A stretch of DNA of 64,000 bases from Candidatus Cloacimonadales bacterium (lineage in GTDB: Bacteria; Cloacimonadota; Cloacimonadia; Cloacimonadales; JAFGVF01). The position numbers and the translations under genes were made by a program. Shown here piece by piece: positions 1 through 10,089 of the stretch. The stretch spans positions 768,001 through 832,000 of the forward strand of contig CAXXOU010000004.1 of assembly GCA_963677495.2 (NCBI GenBank), read 5' to 3'. The notes beneath the pieces are model-generated. The model had not been told where the DNA came from. It saw nothing but the letters and a program-made list of their open reading frames with translations, and did no database searches. Positions within the stretch are counted from its first letter, which is position 1. The number at the start of each line of letters is the position of its first letter.

Positions 1-1122
1 GCTTATTACTGTTTCTGTACTAAAGAAACTCTTGATGAGATGAGAACTAAAGCTCAGAAAGAGAAGAAATTCTTTAAGTATGACAGACGTTGTCATAAAC
101 TATCCCAAGAAGAGATTCAAGCAAAACTTGATGCCGGTGAATCATATGTGGTTCGACTTAAAATGCCGGATGAAAGAATCTTCACATTCAACGACCTTGT
201 TCGTGGTGAAGTTAGTATAGATGTTAAACAGATTGATGACCAGGTTATCCTAAAGTCAGATGGTTTCCCAACCTATCATTTAGCAGCTGTTGTTGACGAC
301 CATCTCATGAAGATTTCACACGTATTCAGAGGAGAGGAGTGGCTTTCAAGTACTCCTAAACACATATTCCTATACGAATGCTTTGGTTGGACTCCACCAC
401 AGTGGGTTCATCTTCCACTCATTCTTAACAAAGATAAGAGTAAACTCAGTAAACGTAAAAACGATGTTGCAGTTGAAACATATCTCGAGAAAGGTTATCA
501 AAAAGATGCACTCATAAACTTCATTGCTTTACTTGGTTGGCACCCTTCAGAAGACAGAGAACTTTTCTCTATGGATGAGATTATCAAAGAGTTCAGTATT
601 GATAGAGTCAACAAAGCAGGTGCTGTTTTTGATTTAACTAAGCTTGAATGGATGAGCGGTATGTATTTTAGAAGCTCTGACCTTGCTGATGTGGCTGATT
701 ATGCCAGACCTCAGTTTGAGAAAGCCGGAATCGATATCTCAGACAATGACAAGTATCTTAGAGTTATCGATAAAGCTCGTGAATATATCTCAACTATCGA
801 CCAGGTTATGGAGCATGCTGAGATGTATTATCGCCTTGGAGAGCTTAGCGAGAAAGATGCAGAGATGCTTAATAACGAAGAATCTCAGAAAGTTCTTGCC
901 TACATGGCTGAAGCCTACAATACTGATCATATACTTTCACCGGATGAACTTAATGCAATTACTAAAGGTTCTATTGGTGAAATTGGCATTAAAGGTAAGA
1001 AGTTCTACTTCCCATTACGTTTGGCTTTAATCGGTAAAGGACATGGTCCTGATATGCCGGCTATATATAGTATCCTCGGTAAAGAGGAGTTCGTGAATAG
1101 ACTTAAAAGAGCAATTAAATAG
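1..1122 (+). CDS. gltX: Glutamate--tRNA ligase (5' end truncated by window edge)
   Basis: Frame open from base 1 (AYYCFCTKE). Motifs KSDGFPTYHLAAVVDDHLM, RGEEWL, KLSKR; C-terminal PLRLALIG..HGP anticodon-binding domain. Confidence 0.96.
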   Translation, partial: AYYCFCTKETLDEMRTKAQKEKKFFKYDRRCHKLSQEEIQAKLDAGESYVVRLKMPDERIFTFNDLVRGEVSIDVKQIDDQVILKSDGFPTYHLAAVVDDHLMKISHVFRGEEWLSSTPKHIFLYECFGWTPPQWVHLPLILNKDKSKLSKRKNDVAVETYLEKGYQKDALINFIALLGWHPSEDRELFSMDEIIKEFSIDRVNKAGAVFDLTKLEWMSGMYFRSSDLADVADYARPQFEKAGIDISDNDKYLRVIDKAREYISTIDQVMEHAEMYYRLGELSEKDAEMLNNEESQKVLAYMAEAYNTDHILSPDELNAITKGSIGEIGIKGKKFYFPLRLALIGKGHGPDMPAIYSILGKEEFVNRLKRAIK

Positions 1123-1133
1123 AGGAGTACTAG

Positions 1134-1745
1134 ATGAAGTATTACAAGAAAATGATTGGTGAAAAGACTTACTTAGCTCCATTAAACATGGATGACCTTG
1201 AAAAGTATGTAGGCTGGGTTAATGACTTGCATGTGACTTTGTTCACAGGTCTTACTGACAGTATTATCGAAGAAGCTAAAGAACAAAAGCTCCTCGATAA
1301 GATGACTAATGACCCTAAAACTAAGATTATGGTTATTGTAAGTAAAGAAACAAATACTGCAATTGGTACTATTGCCCTTCATAATGTAAACTACATGAAT
1401 CGTAATGCTGAATTAGGCATTATGATAGGTGACAAGAGTCAGTGGAACAAAGGCTATGGTACTGAGGCAATAAATCTTATGCTTGACTTCGGTTTCAATG
1501 TCTTGAACCTGCACAGTATTTATCTTAGAACTCTCTCTTTCAACCAGCGTGGAATGCGTTGCTTCGAGAAGTGCGGTTTCCAGCAAGTAGGTAAATCTAG
1601 ACATGCTAAATTCGTGGGCGGTACTTACTACGATATGATTCATTATGATATCTTAGCTGATGAGTTTGAAAGTGTTTACTTCAAAGATATGGCTGAGAAG
1701 AGTATGAAAGAAGATAAATCACTCAATAAGATTTCTATTATCTAA
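1134..1745 (+). CDS. GNAT acetyltransferase, RimJ/RimL family
   Basis: AELGIMIGDKSQWNKGYGTEA (acetyl-CoA binding) and N.RG.RCFEKCGF; RBS AGGAG. Confidence 0.88.
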   Translation: MKYYKKMIGEKTYLAPLNMDDLEKYVGWVNDLHVTLFTGLTDSIIEEAKEQKLLDKMTNDPKTKIMVIVSKETNTAIGTIALHNVNYMNRNAELGIMIGDKSQWNKGYGTEAINLMLDFGFNVLNLHSIYLRTLSFNQRGMRCFEKCGFQQVGKSRHAKFVGGTYYDMIHYDILADEFESVYFKDMAEKSMKEDKSLNKISII

Positions 1746-1762
1746 AAGAGATACAATTATAT

Positions 1763-1783
1763 GGGGGCAATGCCCCCTTTTTT
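1763..1783 (+). terminator. Intrinsic terminator-like hairpin
   Basis: GGGGGCA-A-TGCCCCC followed by T6; only a few bases before the holB start, so read-through is possible. Confidence 0.55.
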
Positions 1784-1788
1784 AAATC

Positions 1789-2898
1789 ATGTTCAAAAAA
1801 ATACACGGACAAGACAAGGCGATAGAACTACTTGAAAGAGCTATTACATCTCATAGAGTAGCTCAAGCTTATTTATTCTCAGGACCGAAAGGTGTTGGTA
1901 AGTTCACAACAGCACTATACTTTGGAATGGCTCTCAACTGTTTGAACGAACAGAAACGCAGACCTTGTGGAGAGTGTGCTTCATGTCGTAAGTTTCTTCA
2001 CTATAATCATCTGGATTTCTTGTATCTCTTTCCGACTCCTAATATGGACTTTAAAGAGGATGGCTCATTTGGAAACAACAAGTTCATTAAAGAGTATGAA
2101 GCCTTTATTGATAATAAGAAGAGATCTCCTTGGCAAGAGTTCTTTTTCTCAGTAAACAGTGAGATTAGACGTGATGCGATTCGAGTTGTGCAGTATAAGA
2201 TGAGTATGGCTAACAACGAAGCTAAATACAGAATCTGTATAATAGAAGATGCTGATCTTATGAACAACAACACTGCCAATGCTTTTCTTAAGACATTGGA
2301 AGAACCACCTGATAATACAGTAATCATTCTTACAACTACTCAGCCGGAAAGACTTCTACCTACAATCACATCCAGATGCCAGCAGATTAAGTTTAATCCT
2401 GTACGTAGGCAAATCATTCAAGAACATCTCATGAAAGAGTTCGGAGCAGATCCTACGATTGCTTCCTCAGTAGCAAAGCTTGTTAACGGTAACCTGGAGT
2501 TAGCTATTAATCTATTGGAGAATAGTGATTCCGATGCAAGAGACTTTGCTCTCAAACTTGTTAAGTGTTGTGCGAATGCTGACGATGTTGAATTCTTACA
2601 TATCGTTAATGAGTTTAAAACAGGTAGAAACCCTAAGTTCCTAGTTGAGTTTATATCAAATTTATCAATCTTACTTAATGATGTTGTGATGCTTAGAAAC
2701 CATCCAGAAGAGATTGTTATGCCTGATAGTGTTGAGACTTATAAAGCTTTCTACAAGCAAAACAGTATGATTGATGAAGCTCTTATTGATTATATCCCTG
2801 AATTGGAAAGTATGAGTAAATCAGCCCGTGGTAAAGTTAATCCACAGTTAATTGTAACTGAAATCTATTACAGGATCTGTCAAAAACTTGGGCAATAG
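1789..2898 (+). CDS. holB: DNA polymerase III subunit delta'
   Basis: AYLFSGPKGVGK, Zn cluster C..PCGECASC, ANAFLKTLEEPP, LLPTITSRCQ. Confidence 0.92.
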   Translation: MFKKIHGQDKAIELLERAITSHRVAQAYLFSGPKGVGKFTTALYFGMALNCLNEQKRRPCGECASCRKFLHYNHLDFLYLFPTPNMDFKEDGSFGNNKFIKEYEAFIDNKKRSPWQEFFFSVNSEIRRDAIRVVQYKMSMANNEAKYRICIIEDADLMNNNTANAFLKTLEEPPDNTVIILTTTQPERLLPTITSRCQQIKFNPVRRQIIQEHLMKEFGADPTIASSVAKLVNGNLELAINLLENSDSDARDFALKLVKCCANADDVEFLHIVNEFKTGRNPKFLVEFISNLSILLNDVVMLRNHPEEIVMPDSVETYKAFYKQNSMIDEALIDYIPELESMSKSARGKVNPQLIVTEIYYRICQKLGQ

Positions 2899-3616
2899 CT
2901 ATACTCTTAAAAATCACTTAATTATTAAAGAGTGGCTGGATAAATACAACATTCTTGCCATATTCGGAGATAACTCAATCCCTTATAGAGAGTTTCTTGC
3001 TAATCCGGGACCTATCCAATGTGGAGACTTTGTTCTGCAACCGTATCAGTTGATAAGATGCAAGCAGACTCATTCTGATCTAGTACATATTATCATATAT
3101 AATGATGCAGGCTCCGGTATTCTAAAGGGTAAAAGGGAGATACCATTAGTCGATGGTTTCATCTGTGATACTCCATATCTTTTCCCATTCGTTGTATCTG
3201 CTGACTGTACGCCAATTCTAATCGTTGCACCTGATGTCAGAGTTATAGCTTGTGTGCATAGTGGTAGAGTAGGAACTGAGAGGAACATACTCGGTAAAAC
3301 ATTGAAGCGGCTTATAACTGAATATAAAGCTAATCCTCAAATACTTGAACTAAAGACAGGTCCGGCAATCTGTAAAGAGCATTATCCGGTAGACAAGACT
3401 ACCTTCGATAACTTTGTTTCGGCTACAGGCATAGAACAAGATTATCCATATCTTGATTTGAGAAAAGTGCAACTGCAACAAGCTTTAGCTACAGGAGTTA
3501 AACTTGAACATATTGAGATTAGTAATACTTGTACTCTTGAGTCTGATAGATGTGCATCATATCGTGAGAATGGTACCCGTGAGCGTCAGATTAATCTAAT
3601 CGGAATCTTAAAGTAG
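2888..3616 (+). CDS. pgeF: YfiH/PgeF family protein (laccase domain / purine nucleoside phosphorylase)
   Basis: QTHS, SADCTPIL, CVHSGR, GPAIC..HYPV, CT...ASYR motifs. Confidence 0.8.
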   Translation: MGNSYTLKNHLIIKEWLDKYNILAIFGDNSIPYREFLANPGPIQCGDFVLQPYQLIRCKQTHSDLVHIIIYNDAGSGILKGKREIPLVDGFICDTPYLFPFVVSADCTPILIVAPDVRVIACVHSGRVGTERNILGKTLKRLITEYKANPQILELKTGPAICKEHYPVDKTTFDNFVSATGIEQDYPYLDLRKVQLQQALATGVKLEHIEISNTCTLESDRCASYRENGTRERQINLIGILK

Positions 3617-4611
3617 ACTCTCCAGAATCTCTTTAGGATTATTTACTGGTATTATTTTAGACAGCTGATATTCTGCCCTTTTAAATCGATACTTTGCCGG
3701 TATTGGAGCTTTGTTAAGTAACTGATAGTTCCCTTCCATAAACTCATAGGAGATGTTTAATCCCTTTCCATTCCAAACAAACACCGGCTTATTAAGCTCA
3801 ATCGCATCCCTTACTGTATAGAGTGTCCCTGAATTGAGAGATGTCTGCACCACGAAAAGAGCGTCACTAATTGCACTCTGCAACCTGTCTCTAAGAATCA
3901 ACCAAGCTCTTTTAACAGAGAAGGAAGGGGGCAACTCAGAGAGAAGATATCCACCATATTCAATAATATCATTTGCAAGCTGCTTGTTCTCTGTCGGATA
4001 GGTTGAAGCATGAAGACCATTACCAATAATCGCTCCTGTATAAGCAGAATTGCAAAGACCATTCTTGAAACATGATATACTCCCGTGATGCCCGGCTGTA
4101 TCACATCCAATAGCCAGCCCACTATGATTCCAGATACCGTTTTCAGCGAAGAGCTGTCCTGCCTGGAAAGCTATTGCTCCCGCATACTTAGGATCTATTA
4201 CTCTACTACCAATAATAGCGACGCCTTTTCCATCACTGCTTTCTCAAAGTTACCTTTCCAACTTAGGAAAAGGGGAGGGATAGGGATCGATTTCATAAAT
4301 GCAGGATATTCATTCGACTCATAAGAGGTGTACCTTATATTGTATCTATCCAGAAGCGCTAACTCGTTCTCTGCAATACGCTCAAGATAGTCATCTTTAA
4401 TATTTACTAACTCGTTTAAGAGTGAGTTCTTTGTATACTCAGGTAAGAGAGACTGACGTTCAGAGACAGTCAGCTGGAATAGATTAATTGAAGAAGTAAC
4501 AGAATCCAAGATGAACTTCACATATTCACCATACTCACTTACGAGCTTCAGCTTATCGCAAAGGGCTGCAATAAGCGTCAGTTTCATGTACTCCTTATGT
4601 GTATAAACCAT
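3608..4611 (-). pseudogene. dprA: DNA-processing protein DprA, frameshifted at ~4226-4229
   Basis: Frame 1 gives YP..MK.IP.PPLFLSWKGN. After a -1 shift the second frame reads GVAIIGSR...SGLAIGCDTAGH...YPTENKQLA...GGYLLSE...RDRLQSAISDALFVVQ..LNSGTLYT, open to 3608. Confidence 0.88.
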
Positions 4612-4641
4612 CAGACCTTACTTTTACTTTGTAACTATGAG

Positions 4642-5766
4642 TTAATCTTTCTTCTCAAACTCCTTAATAAGCGTTTGAACTGCTTGTGTTGAAGTAATAT
4701 CTCCTGACATTAAACGATTTTCAATTTCCGGTAGCATAGCCTTAGTAGTAACATTATTATAGAAGGAATTCAGCAGATAGTCTTCCAGCATGAAATGCAT
4801 CCATTCCAGTTGTTGCTCTTTACGTCTGGACTCGAAAACACCACTCTCAGAGGTCTTATCTCTGAAATCCATTATACTATCCCAGATTTCGTTAACTCCC
4901 GTATTCTTAAGAGCTGAGCATGTCTTGGCAATTGTTTGCCAGCCATTGGTTGCGGGAGCGATATAATGCAGAACCTGATTGAACTCAGACTTAGTCATCT
5001 CAGCTCTTTGCTTGTTATCACCATCTGCTTTGTTAACAACAATCATATCAGCAATCTCAATAATCCCTTTCTTAATGCCTTGGAGCTCATCACCGGCACC
5101 GGCAATCTGTACAACCAGGAAGAAATCAACCATAGAACGTACAGTTACTTCTGATTGTCCTACACCAACAGTTTCGATGATTATAACATCAAACCCGGCA
5201 GCTTCGCAAAGTAAGATACTCTCACGAGTCTTTCTTGTAACTCCACCAAGTGCCCCACTAGATGGGGATGGACGGATAAAGCTCTCTTTCGCTCTTGAAA
5301 GATACTCCATTCTTGTTTTGTCACCAAGAATACTACCTTTACTTCTGGTACTACTGGGATCAACAGCCAGGACAGCCACTTTGTGACCCTTCTCTATCAG
5401 GTTCAAACCAAGTGTTTCAATGAGAGTACTCTTTCCTGCACCCGGCACTCCTGTGATTCCAATACGGATTGATTTACCGCTTTGAGGAAGTATCTTCTTT
5501 ATAAGCTCTTGAGCTTGCTGAATATGTTTGTCGGAATTACTCTCAATTAATGTAATAGCACGTGCTAGCACGATTCTATCCTGATTCATTATCCCATTGT
5601 AATAATCATCAACAGAGAGTTGGTTCCTTCGCACAGTAGGCCTGGTCTTTGTGTTAGAGTTTTTATATGGTAACCCCTCATGAGTGGATTTGACTCCCGG
5701 CATTACCTTAGTTGTGAACTCTTTACCGGCCTTTTCAGGAACCCATTCCGGTCTTTTATCTTTCAT
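4642..5766 (-). CDS. meaB: Methylmalonyl-CoA mutase-associated GTPase MeaB
   Basis: GITGVPGAGKST, AVDPSS..GSILGDKTRM, ETVGVGQSE, GDELQGIKKG, NKAD. Confidence 0.95.
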   Translation of the reverse strand: MKDKRPEWVPEKAGKEFTTKVMPGVKSTHEGLPYKNSNTKTRPTVRRNQLSVDDYYNGIMNQDRIVLARAITLIESNSDKHIQQAQELIKKILPQSGKSIRIGITGVPGAGKSTLIETLGLNLIEKGHKVAVLAVDPSSTRSKGSILGDKTRMEYLSRAKESFIRPSPSSGALGGVTRKTRESILLCEAAGFDVIIIETVGVGQSEVTVRSMVDFFLVVQIAGAGDELQGIKKGIIEIADMIVVNKADGDNKQRAEMTKSEFNQVLHYIAPATNGWQTIAKTCSALKNTGVNEIWDSIMDFRDKTSESGVFESRRKEQQLEWMHFMLEDYLLNSFYNNVTTKAMLPEIENRLMSGDITSTQAVQTLIKEFEKKD

Positions 5767-5979
5767 AGTTTATCCTTGAATGTATTGTATAAATATAGAT
5801 AAATACCTCCCAATTTCTGACAAGGAATTTCTTTCACCTGGTACGCGGACATCCCTGCTTGCACATTCCCCTCTAGCCAGTTAGGGTGACATATCAGGAG
5901 CAGTCACCAGTGCGAGTTTACGAGCTTGGGGAAATGCGGAATGCGGAACTTATACATTTCTTACTTCGGAGTCGCAATA

Positions 5980-6092
5980 AGTTGTTCGCCTATCGGCTTA
6001 CGAGCTCCTCCCACCGGTCGTCGGTTCCCCGAACTCCCGATGGTCGTAATGGTGACTGCTTTAGACTTCATTCATCTCCGCTCAGGGTGACA
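5980..6092. repeat. Partial copy of the palindromic element at 49206-49505
   Basis: AGTTGTTCGCCTATCGGCTTACGAGCTCCTCCC is identical to 49411-49443; ends CTCCGCTCAGGGTGACA as at 49490-49506. Confidence 0.85.
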
Positions 6093-6105
6093 TAGAAATC
6101 CAGTT

Positions 6106-6272
6106 CCATAGGTTGAAACCAATGGCTATTATAAGCTGACTCCTTCAGGGTTTCGAACAATGCATAAACGACATACAGGCAAACATCCTTACCCTAACAG
6201 GGTAACATTATAATAGCCATGGGCTTTAGCCCATGTGAATGTCATCCCAAAAACCCGACCCTAAAGGGGTCG
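6106..6272. repeat. Cluster of REP-like short palindromes
   Basis: Hairpins TTACCCT/AGGGTAA, CATGGGCT/AGCCCATG, CGACCC/GGGTCG; similar hairpins at 15317-15376. Confidence 0.6.
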
Positions 6273-6531
6273 CCCAACATCCTCATAACGCAATTGTTGT
6301 TTCATGCAAATGTTGTATTTAACAAAAATAATATATTTGACAAATAATACATAACATATAAAAGTCGTACATAAACAGAAAAGGAGGAATGCTTCTAACC
6401 CCTTGTTATGTGGGCACATGTTGTCCACCCTCAGTATTTATCATTTAAGGCAACTTTTACACAAAGTTTAATCAGGTCGTCGTTGTATTTACTCTGCGAC
6501 TACCGCCCACCTAGTACAAAGGAGTTTTCAA

Positions 6532-7146
6532 ATGATATATGAAATAACATGTAAGGAAAACGCTTGGATAGTCCCGGAACGGCTCAAACCGATTCTAATC
6601 ACGGAAGGCTTCAGATATGTGTTAGTAGCACTTAATACACCTTCCAAACGCATTAACTTGTTCAACTTCTTCTTTCAAAACCACACCCCACCGAATCTGG
6701 CAATCGATAAAACTAACTATGAGAAGCTCTTAGCTTTTGATAGCACATTAAACCAAAACTACAAACAGATTCAAGAGAAATCACACTTCTTTAAACTCCT
6801 GAATCTACTAAGCAAATATCAACGAAACTACAGATACCAAAGTAAAAGAAACTCTATCGTAGGAATGAAGTTTAACCATCACAGGTATTACCAAATCGTA
6901 TCTGTCTTACAGAAATATCTCTCCGAGTATTCAGGACAAGATGAGTACATTCTCACAATCAATAAATCACTACATAGCCTGATTCTTGCCACAATGTACG
7001 CCTTAAAACAGCAAGCCCCTATGTTCCATTCGCATCTGCAAAAATGCTTCAAACATGATTACTGGGTGCTCTATGAACCGACGTGTGAACCTGATTTCAA
7101 TCTGGTTATTAACTCAGTGCCTGATGGGCAGGGGAGGGGAGAATGA
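6532..7146 (+). CDS. Hypothetical protein, paralogue of 7143-7739
   Basis: 204 aa, RBS AAGGAG; shares N-terminal KPI..TEGF....AL..P.K.I and C-terminal P......K.F.....LY[ED]P with the next gene. Confidence 0.8.
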   Translation: MIYEITCKENAWIVPERLKPILITEGFRYVLVALNTPSKRINLFNFFFQNHTPPNLAIDKTNYEKLLAFDSTLNQNYKQIQEKSHFFKLLNLLSKYQRNYRYQSKRNSIVGMKFNHHRYYQIVSVLQKYLSEYSGQDEYILTINKSLHSLILATMYALKQQAPMFHSHLQKCFKHDYWVLYEPTCEPDFNLVINSVPDGQGRGE

Positions 7147-7739
7147 AATACGAACTTATCATAGGTAATGATCACTGGACTACTTCAGAATCAATAAAAC
7201 CTATCAAAAAGACAGAGGGTTTCTTCATCCTTGAGGAAGCTCTAACCCATCCCAACAAGGTAATTTCCATTACAAAGACTTTCCTTGCATATTACTTCCC
7301 GAGGTTATATGAGATTCCATATTGTGAAGTAACCCCGGGTTTCGGTACTGACTACTTGAATTCATGCTATAAGTTCGCAAAAGAGGAGCGACAAAACAGT
7401 TTATTTCTCTATAAGCAGTATATGCTCTATAGAGAGAAACTCGAACAATCAAGGAGAGTTTTATCAACTGTCGAAGCTGATATCTTTGCTGAACAGGTAG
7501 ATAAGATTGAAGAGATAATCTATAAATCTATAAATATCAATGACAATTTAGACAGCTTCATCAAAGAAGTTAATCATAAAGCATGTTGCTACGTAGTCAC
7601 TGCCCGAAACAAACTAAAGATCAAATCCCCAATCCTGTATGAATATATAATGAAGACATTCACCTTCGGCAGACTTATCCTGTATGACCCGAAGAAATCG
7701 AAAGGAATTGAACTGTCGATTCTCGAAAAGATAAACTAA
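7143..7739 (+). CDS. Hypothetical protein, paralogue of 6532-7146
   Basis: 198 aa, ATGA overlap with the upstream stop, followed by a terminator. Confidence 0.8.
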   Translation: MKYELIIGNDHWTTSESIKPIKKTEGFFILEEALTHPNKVISITKTFLAYYFPRLYEIPYCEVTPGFGTDYLNSCYKFAKEERQNSLFLYKQYMLYREKLEQSRRVLSTVEADIFAEQVDKIEEIIYKSININDNLDSFIKEVNHKACCYVVTARNKLKIKSPILYEYIMKTFTFGRLILYDPKKSKGIELSILEKIN

Positions 7740-7740
7740 C

Positions 7741-7765
7741 AAAAGCCCGAGAAATCGGGCTTTTT
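7741..7765. terminator. Bidirectional intrinsic terminator
   Basis: AAAAGCCCGA-GAAA-TCGGGCTTTTT between convergent genes. Confidence 0.85.
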
Positions 7766-7767
7766 AC

Positions 7768-7818
7768 AATGCTAAATGGTAAATGCTAAATGTCTGCACT
7801 TCGTGCAATTATGAATTA
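7768..7818. repeat. Degenerate 7-bp tandem repeat (AATGCTA type) with TGCAC/GTGCA hairpin
   Basis: AATGCTA AATGGTA AATGCTA AATGTC TGCACTTCGTGCA. Confidence 0.7.
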
Positions 7819-7833
7819 AAACACAAAAAACTA

Positions 7834-8964
7834 CTAAATTCGTTCTATAATTTTCATTTTATCTTTATCGAACTGGATGTACTCGAATGTTAAACCATTT
7901 AGATACTTGTTAAGATGATTTATATATTTCTTATCCTCAGCTGATGCCTGTACATTAGAAACTAAAACAAGCTTTTTTGTTTCTTGCACATTGGGATATA
8001 GACTATACTCTATTAATTGCCCAAGACTTTCTCTTATGCACATTCTAAGTTTTGGTAATACTTTGATTTCGTAAAAAGTCAGTTCATTGCTTTTATTAGG
8101 ATCTCTACTGATCAAGTCTATTCTTCTACCATTCGTATAACCTTCAGCTTCAACATTATTAATGCCATACTTTTTTTGCAGAAATGTTAAAAACGCATTT
8201 TGCAAGGCTATGTGATCATAACTGATTGTTATTGTTCTTCTTAATCCCGTTCGAGTTTTTTTAGGTATAGGTATTTCTTCTGTTGTTCCGTTAAAACCAA
8301 ATTTGTAGCGTTGAATTTGTTTTGTTTTTAGAAAAACGTTGACTTTTGGTGCAATCTTATCAAAGAGAATGTATCTATAGTTATTGAATAAGTTAAGTGG
8401 CAGTTTTATTGGTTCATCAAAAATAGTTATTGATTTCATAAAATTAAATCTAACATTGAGCAATTGCTTAGGCTTATTTTTATTTTTGGTTAAATAACTT
8501 CTACCTTTAGGGTTCTTAATATCACTCAAATCTTCCTTCATTTCCTCGAACCAATTTTTAGTTTTAAAAGTATTTAAGGCAGTCTTTGCAGTTATTTCGT
8601 CAATGACTTCTAAGCCACTAATTTCACAGATCAGTATAAATCTCTTTTCCCATTTGTTATATGTATAGAGAAGTAGATCGAATATTTCACCTACATGTAA
8701 ATTATGATTCTTTTCGGTATTAAATGCTTCAATAAAGCTATACTTAAACAATTCTCCATTCTCCTCAATAAGCATTCTCTTGTTTAACAACCACTCTTCT
8801 AGTCCAAAACCCCATTCATTTTCGAAATTTTTCTTTTTTACTTTTAGACCAGTTTCTTTATTAACAATAGAATAGATACCATCACTTTTCCCTTCTAATC
8901 CAGATGGTCTTTCCCAACCATTGTCATTCCAACAGATTCTTGCTAATCTTAACGGATTACCCAT
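7834..8964 (-). CDS. Hypothetical protein with C-terminal PD-(D/E)xK nuclease-like domain
   Basis: H..LQ...VEAE....RRIDL...TFYEIK.....IRESLGQLIEY; AT-rich. Confidence 0.7.
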   Translation of the reverse strand: MGNPLRLARICWNDNGWERPSGLEGKSDGIYSIVNKETGLKVKKKNFENEWGFGLEEWLLNKRMLIEENGELFKYSFIEAFNTEKNHNLHVGEIFDLLLYTYNKWEKRFILICEISGLEVIDEITAKTALNTFKTKNWFEEMKEDLSDIKNPKGRSYLTKNKNKPKQLLNVRFNFMKSITIFDEPIKLPLNLFNNYRYILFDKIAPKVNVFLKTKQIQRYKFGFNGTTEEIPIPKKTRTGLRRTITISYDHIALQNAFLTFLQKKYGINNVEAEGYTNGRRIDLISRDPNKSNELTFYEIKVLPKLRMCIRESLGQLIEYSLYPNVQETKKLVLVSNVQASAEDKKYINHLNKYLNGLTFEYIQFDKDKMKIIERI

Positions 8965-9000
8965 ACATATACTCCTTTTATATTGATTTCATTATTCACC

Positions 9001-9110
9001 ATCTATCATTCAGCATTTAGCATTGAGCTTTAGCTCAGCCATTGCACCACAGGTGCACTCATTGTGCGCCAGCACAGCCATTTAGCATTGCACCAACGGT
9101 GCAGACATTT
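9001..9110. repeat. 7-bp tandem repeats plus 28-bp and 31-bp dispersed repeats
   Basis: TAGCATT-type units; AGCATTGAGCTTTAGCTCAGCCATTGCA (9019-9046, also 10261-10288); ATTTAGCATTGCACCAACGGTGCAGACATTT (9080-9110). Confidence 0.85.
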
Positions 9111-9114
9111 ATTA

Positions 9115-9480
9115 TTAAGCATTATTAAGGTTTTTCTTAGTAGTAATAAGTATCTTCGTAATTATATTAAGCAACTCTTTTGCACTCTCAATTATTGAGT
9201 TGAACTGTTTATCATCTATGTAGTCTGTTTCATGGAGCAAACGGAGCCAGTAGATGGTCTCACGACACTCTTTTTGAGCTATACATAACTTGGAATAGAA
9301 ATCCTTCTTGGTTTGACCACCTACTGCTTCCTCTGCATTTGCACCAATTGAAGTACCATATCTTAAGACTTGTAGAGATAGAACTCTCTCATGTTTCTTC
9401 TCTTTTAAATACTTGCTCAAGTTAACTATCCGTACTGCGAATGCAAACGATTTTTCTAATACTACATTTTCTTTTGCCAT
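9115..9480 (-). CDS. Four helix bundle protein (23S rRNA IVP / bAvd-like)
   Basis: KSFAFAVRIV...QVLRYGTSIGANAEEA..GQTKKDF..KL.IA.KE..ET.YWLRLL. Confidence 0.93.
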   Translation of the reverse strand: MAKENVVLEKSFAFAVRIVNLSKYLKEKKHERVLSLQVLRYGTSIGANAEEAVGGQTKKDFYSKLCIAQKECRETIYWLRLLHETDYIDDKQFNSIIESAKELLNIITKILITTKKNLNNA

Positions 9481-9521
9481 GATTAATAAATGAATATTGA
9501 GTTCATTATGTCAAGTAAAAA

Positions 9522-9578
9522 CCATTCAGCATTTATCATTTAGCATTTAGCATTGCACCAACGGTGCACACATTTGCA
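9522..9578. repeat. 7-bp repeats plus 31-bp repeat copy
   Basis: ATTTAGCATTGCACCAACGGTGCACACATTT at 9545-9575. Confidence 0.85.
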
Positions 9579-10031
9579 TTACAAAATCCTATTGTCCAGC
9601 TGCTCTCCTCGTTTCACTGGGGCAATCACACCATTCTGAATCGCTTCCCAGACGCTTTTAATTGGCAAATCCATATCTACTACATCCTGTGGGGTTATCG
9701 TTTTCAAATCCAGACTCGGGATTGCTTGTTTGAGGGTGAATAGCATTCTCATCAATGCTGTATATCCAGATATTCTTCCACCATAACCTATTGTTGCAAG
9801 GTTATACCTATCTGCATAATCCTTCAGATCATCCATATAACCTTCACTAACACTCTTCCAGAAGACACCGATATTCTTACCGGAACTTCCAATCTCACGA
9901 TTATGTGCTGTCTTACGAGGTATCACATAATCTCGTGTCCAAACTGCACCTGATTTCTTCTCGATACAGTAAACCAACTCATCCAGTTTACCGGATAACC
10001 CGATAAACCCTTTCATGAATTTTGCTTTCAT
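9579..10031 (-). CDS. Hypothetical protein, paralogue of 14563-15024
   Basis: Start moved to ATG 10031 (RBS GGGAGG); MKAKFMKGFIGLSGKLDELVY...RDYVIPRKT. Confidence 0.8.
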   Translation of the reverse strand: MKAKFMKGFIGLSGKLDELVYCIEKKSGAVWTRDYVIPRKTAHNREIGSSGKNIGVFWKSVSEGYMDDLKDYADRYNLATIGYGGRISGYTALMRMLFTLKQAIPSLDLKTITPQDVVDMDLPIKSVWEAIQNGVIAPVKRGEQLDNRIL

Positions 10032-10089
10032 CTCTAATTTCCTCCCTTTAGTCCTACGATTTATCAGCCGTAGCTTCAGTGAAGTAGGA

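Noticed and set aside
5886..6095. ORF sharing LFAYRLTSSS with ORF 49413-49676
   Set aside because: The similarity comes from the non-coding palindromic repeat.
6389..6448. Cys-rich 19-aa leader or precursor peptide (MLLTPCYVGTCCPPSVFII)
   Set aside because: AGGAGG lies only 1 nt from the ATG and there is no supporting context.
9115..9480. Diversity-generating retroelement (Avd-like gene)
   Set aside because: No reverse transcriptase and no TR/VR pair seen in the window.
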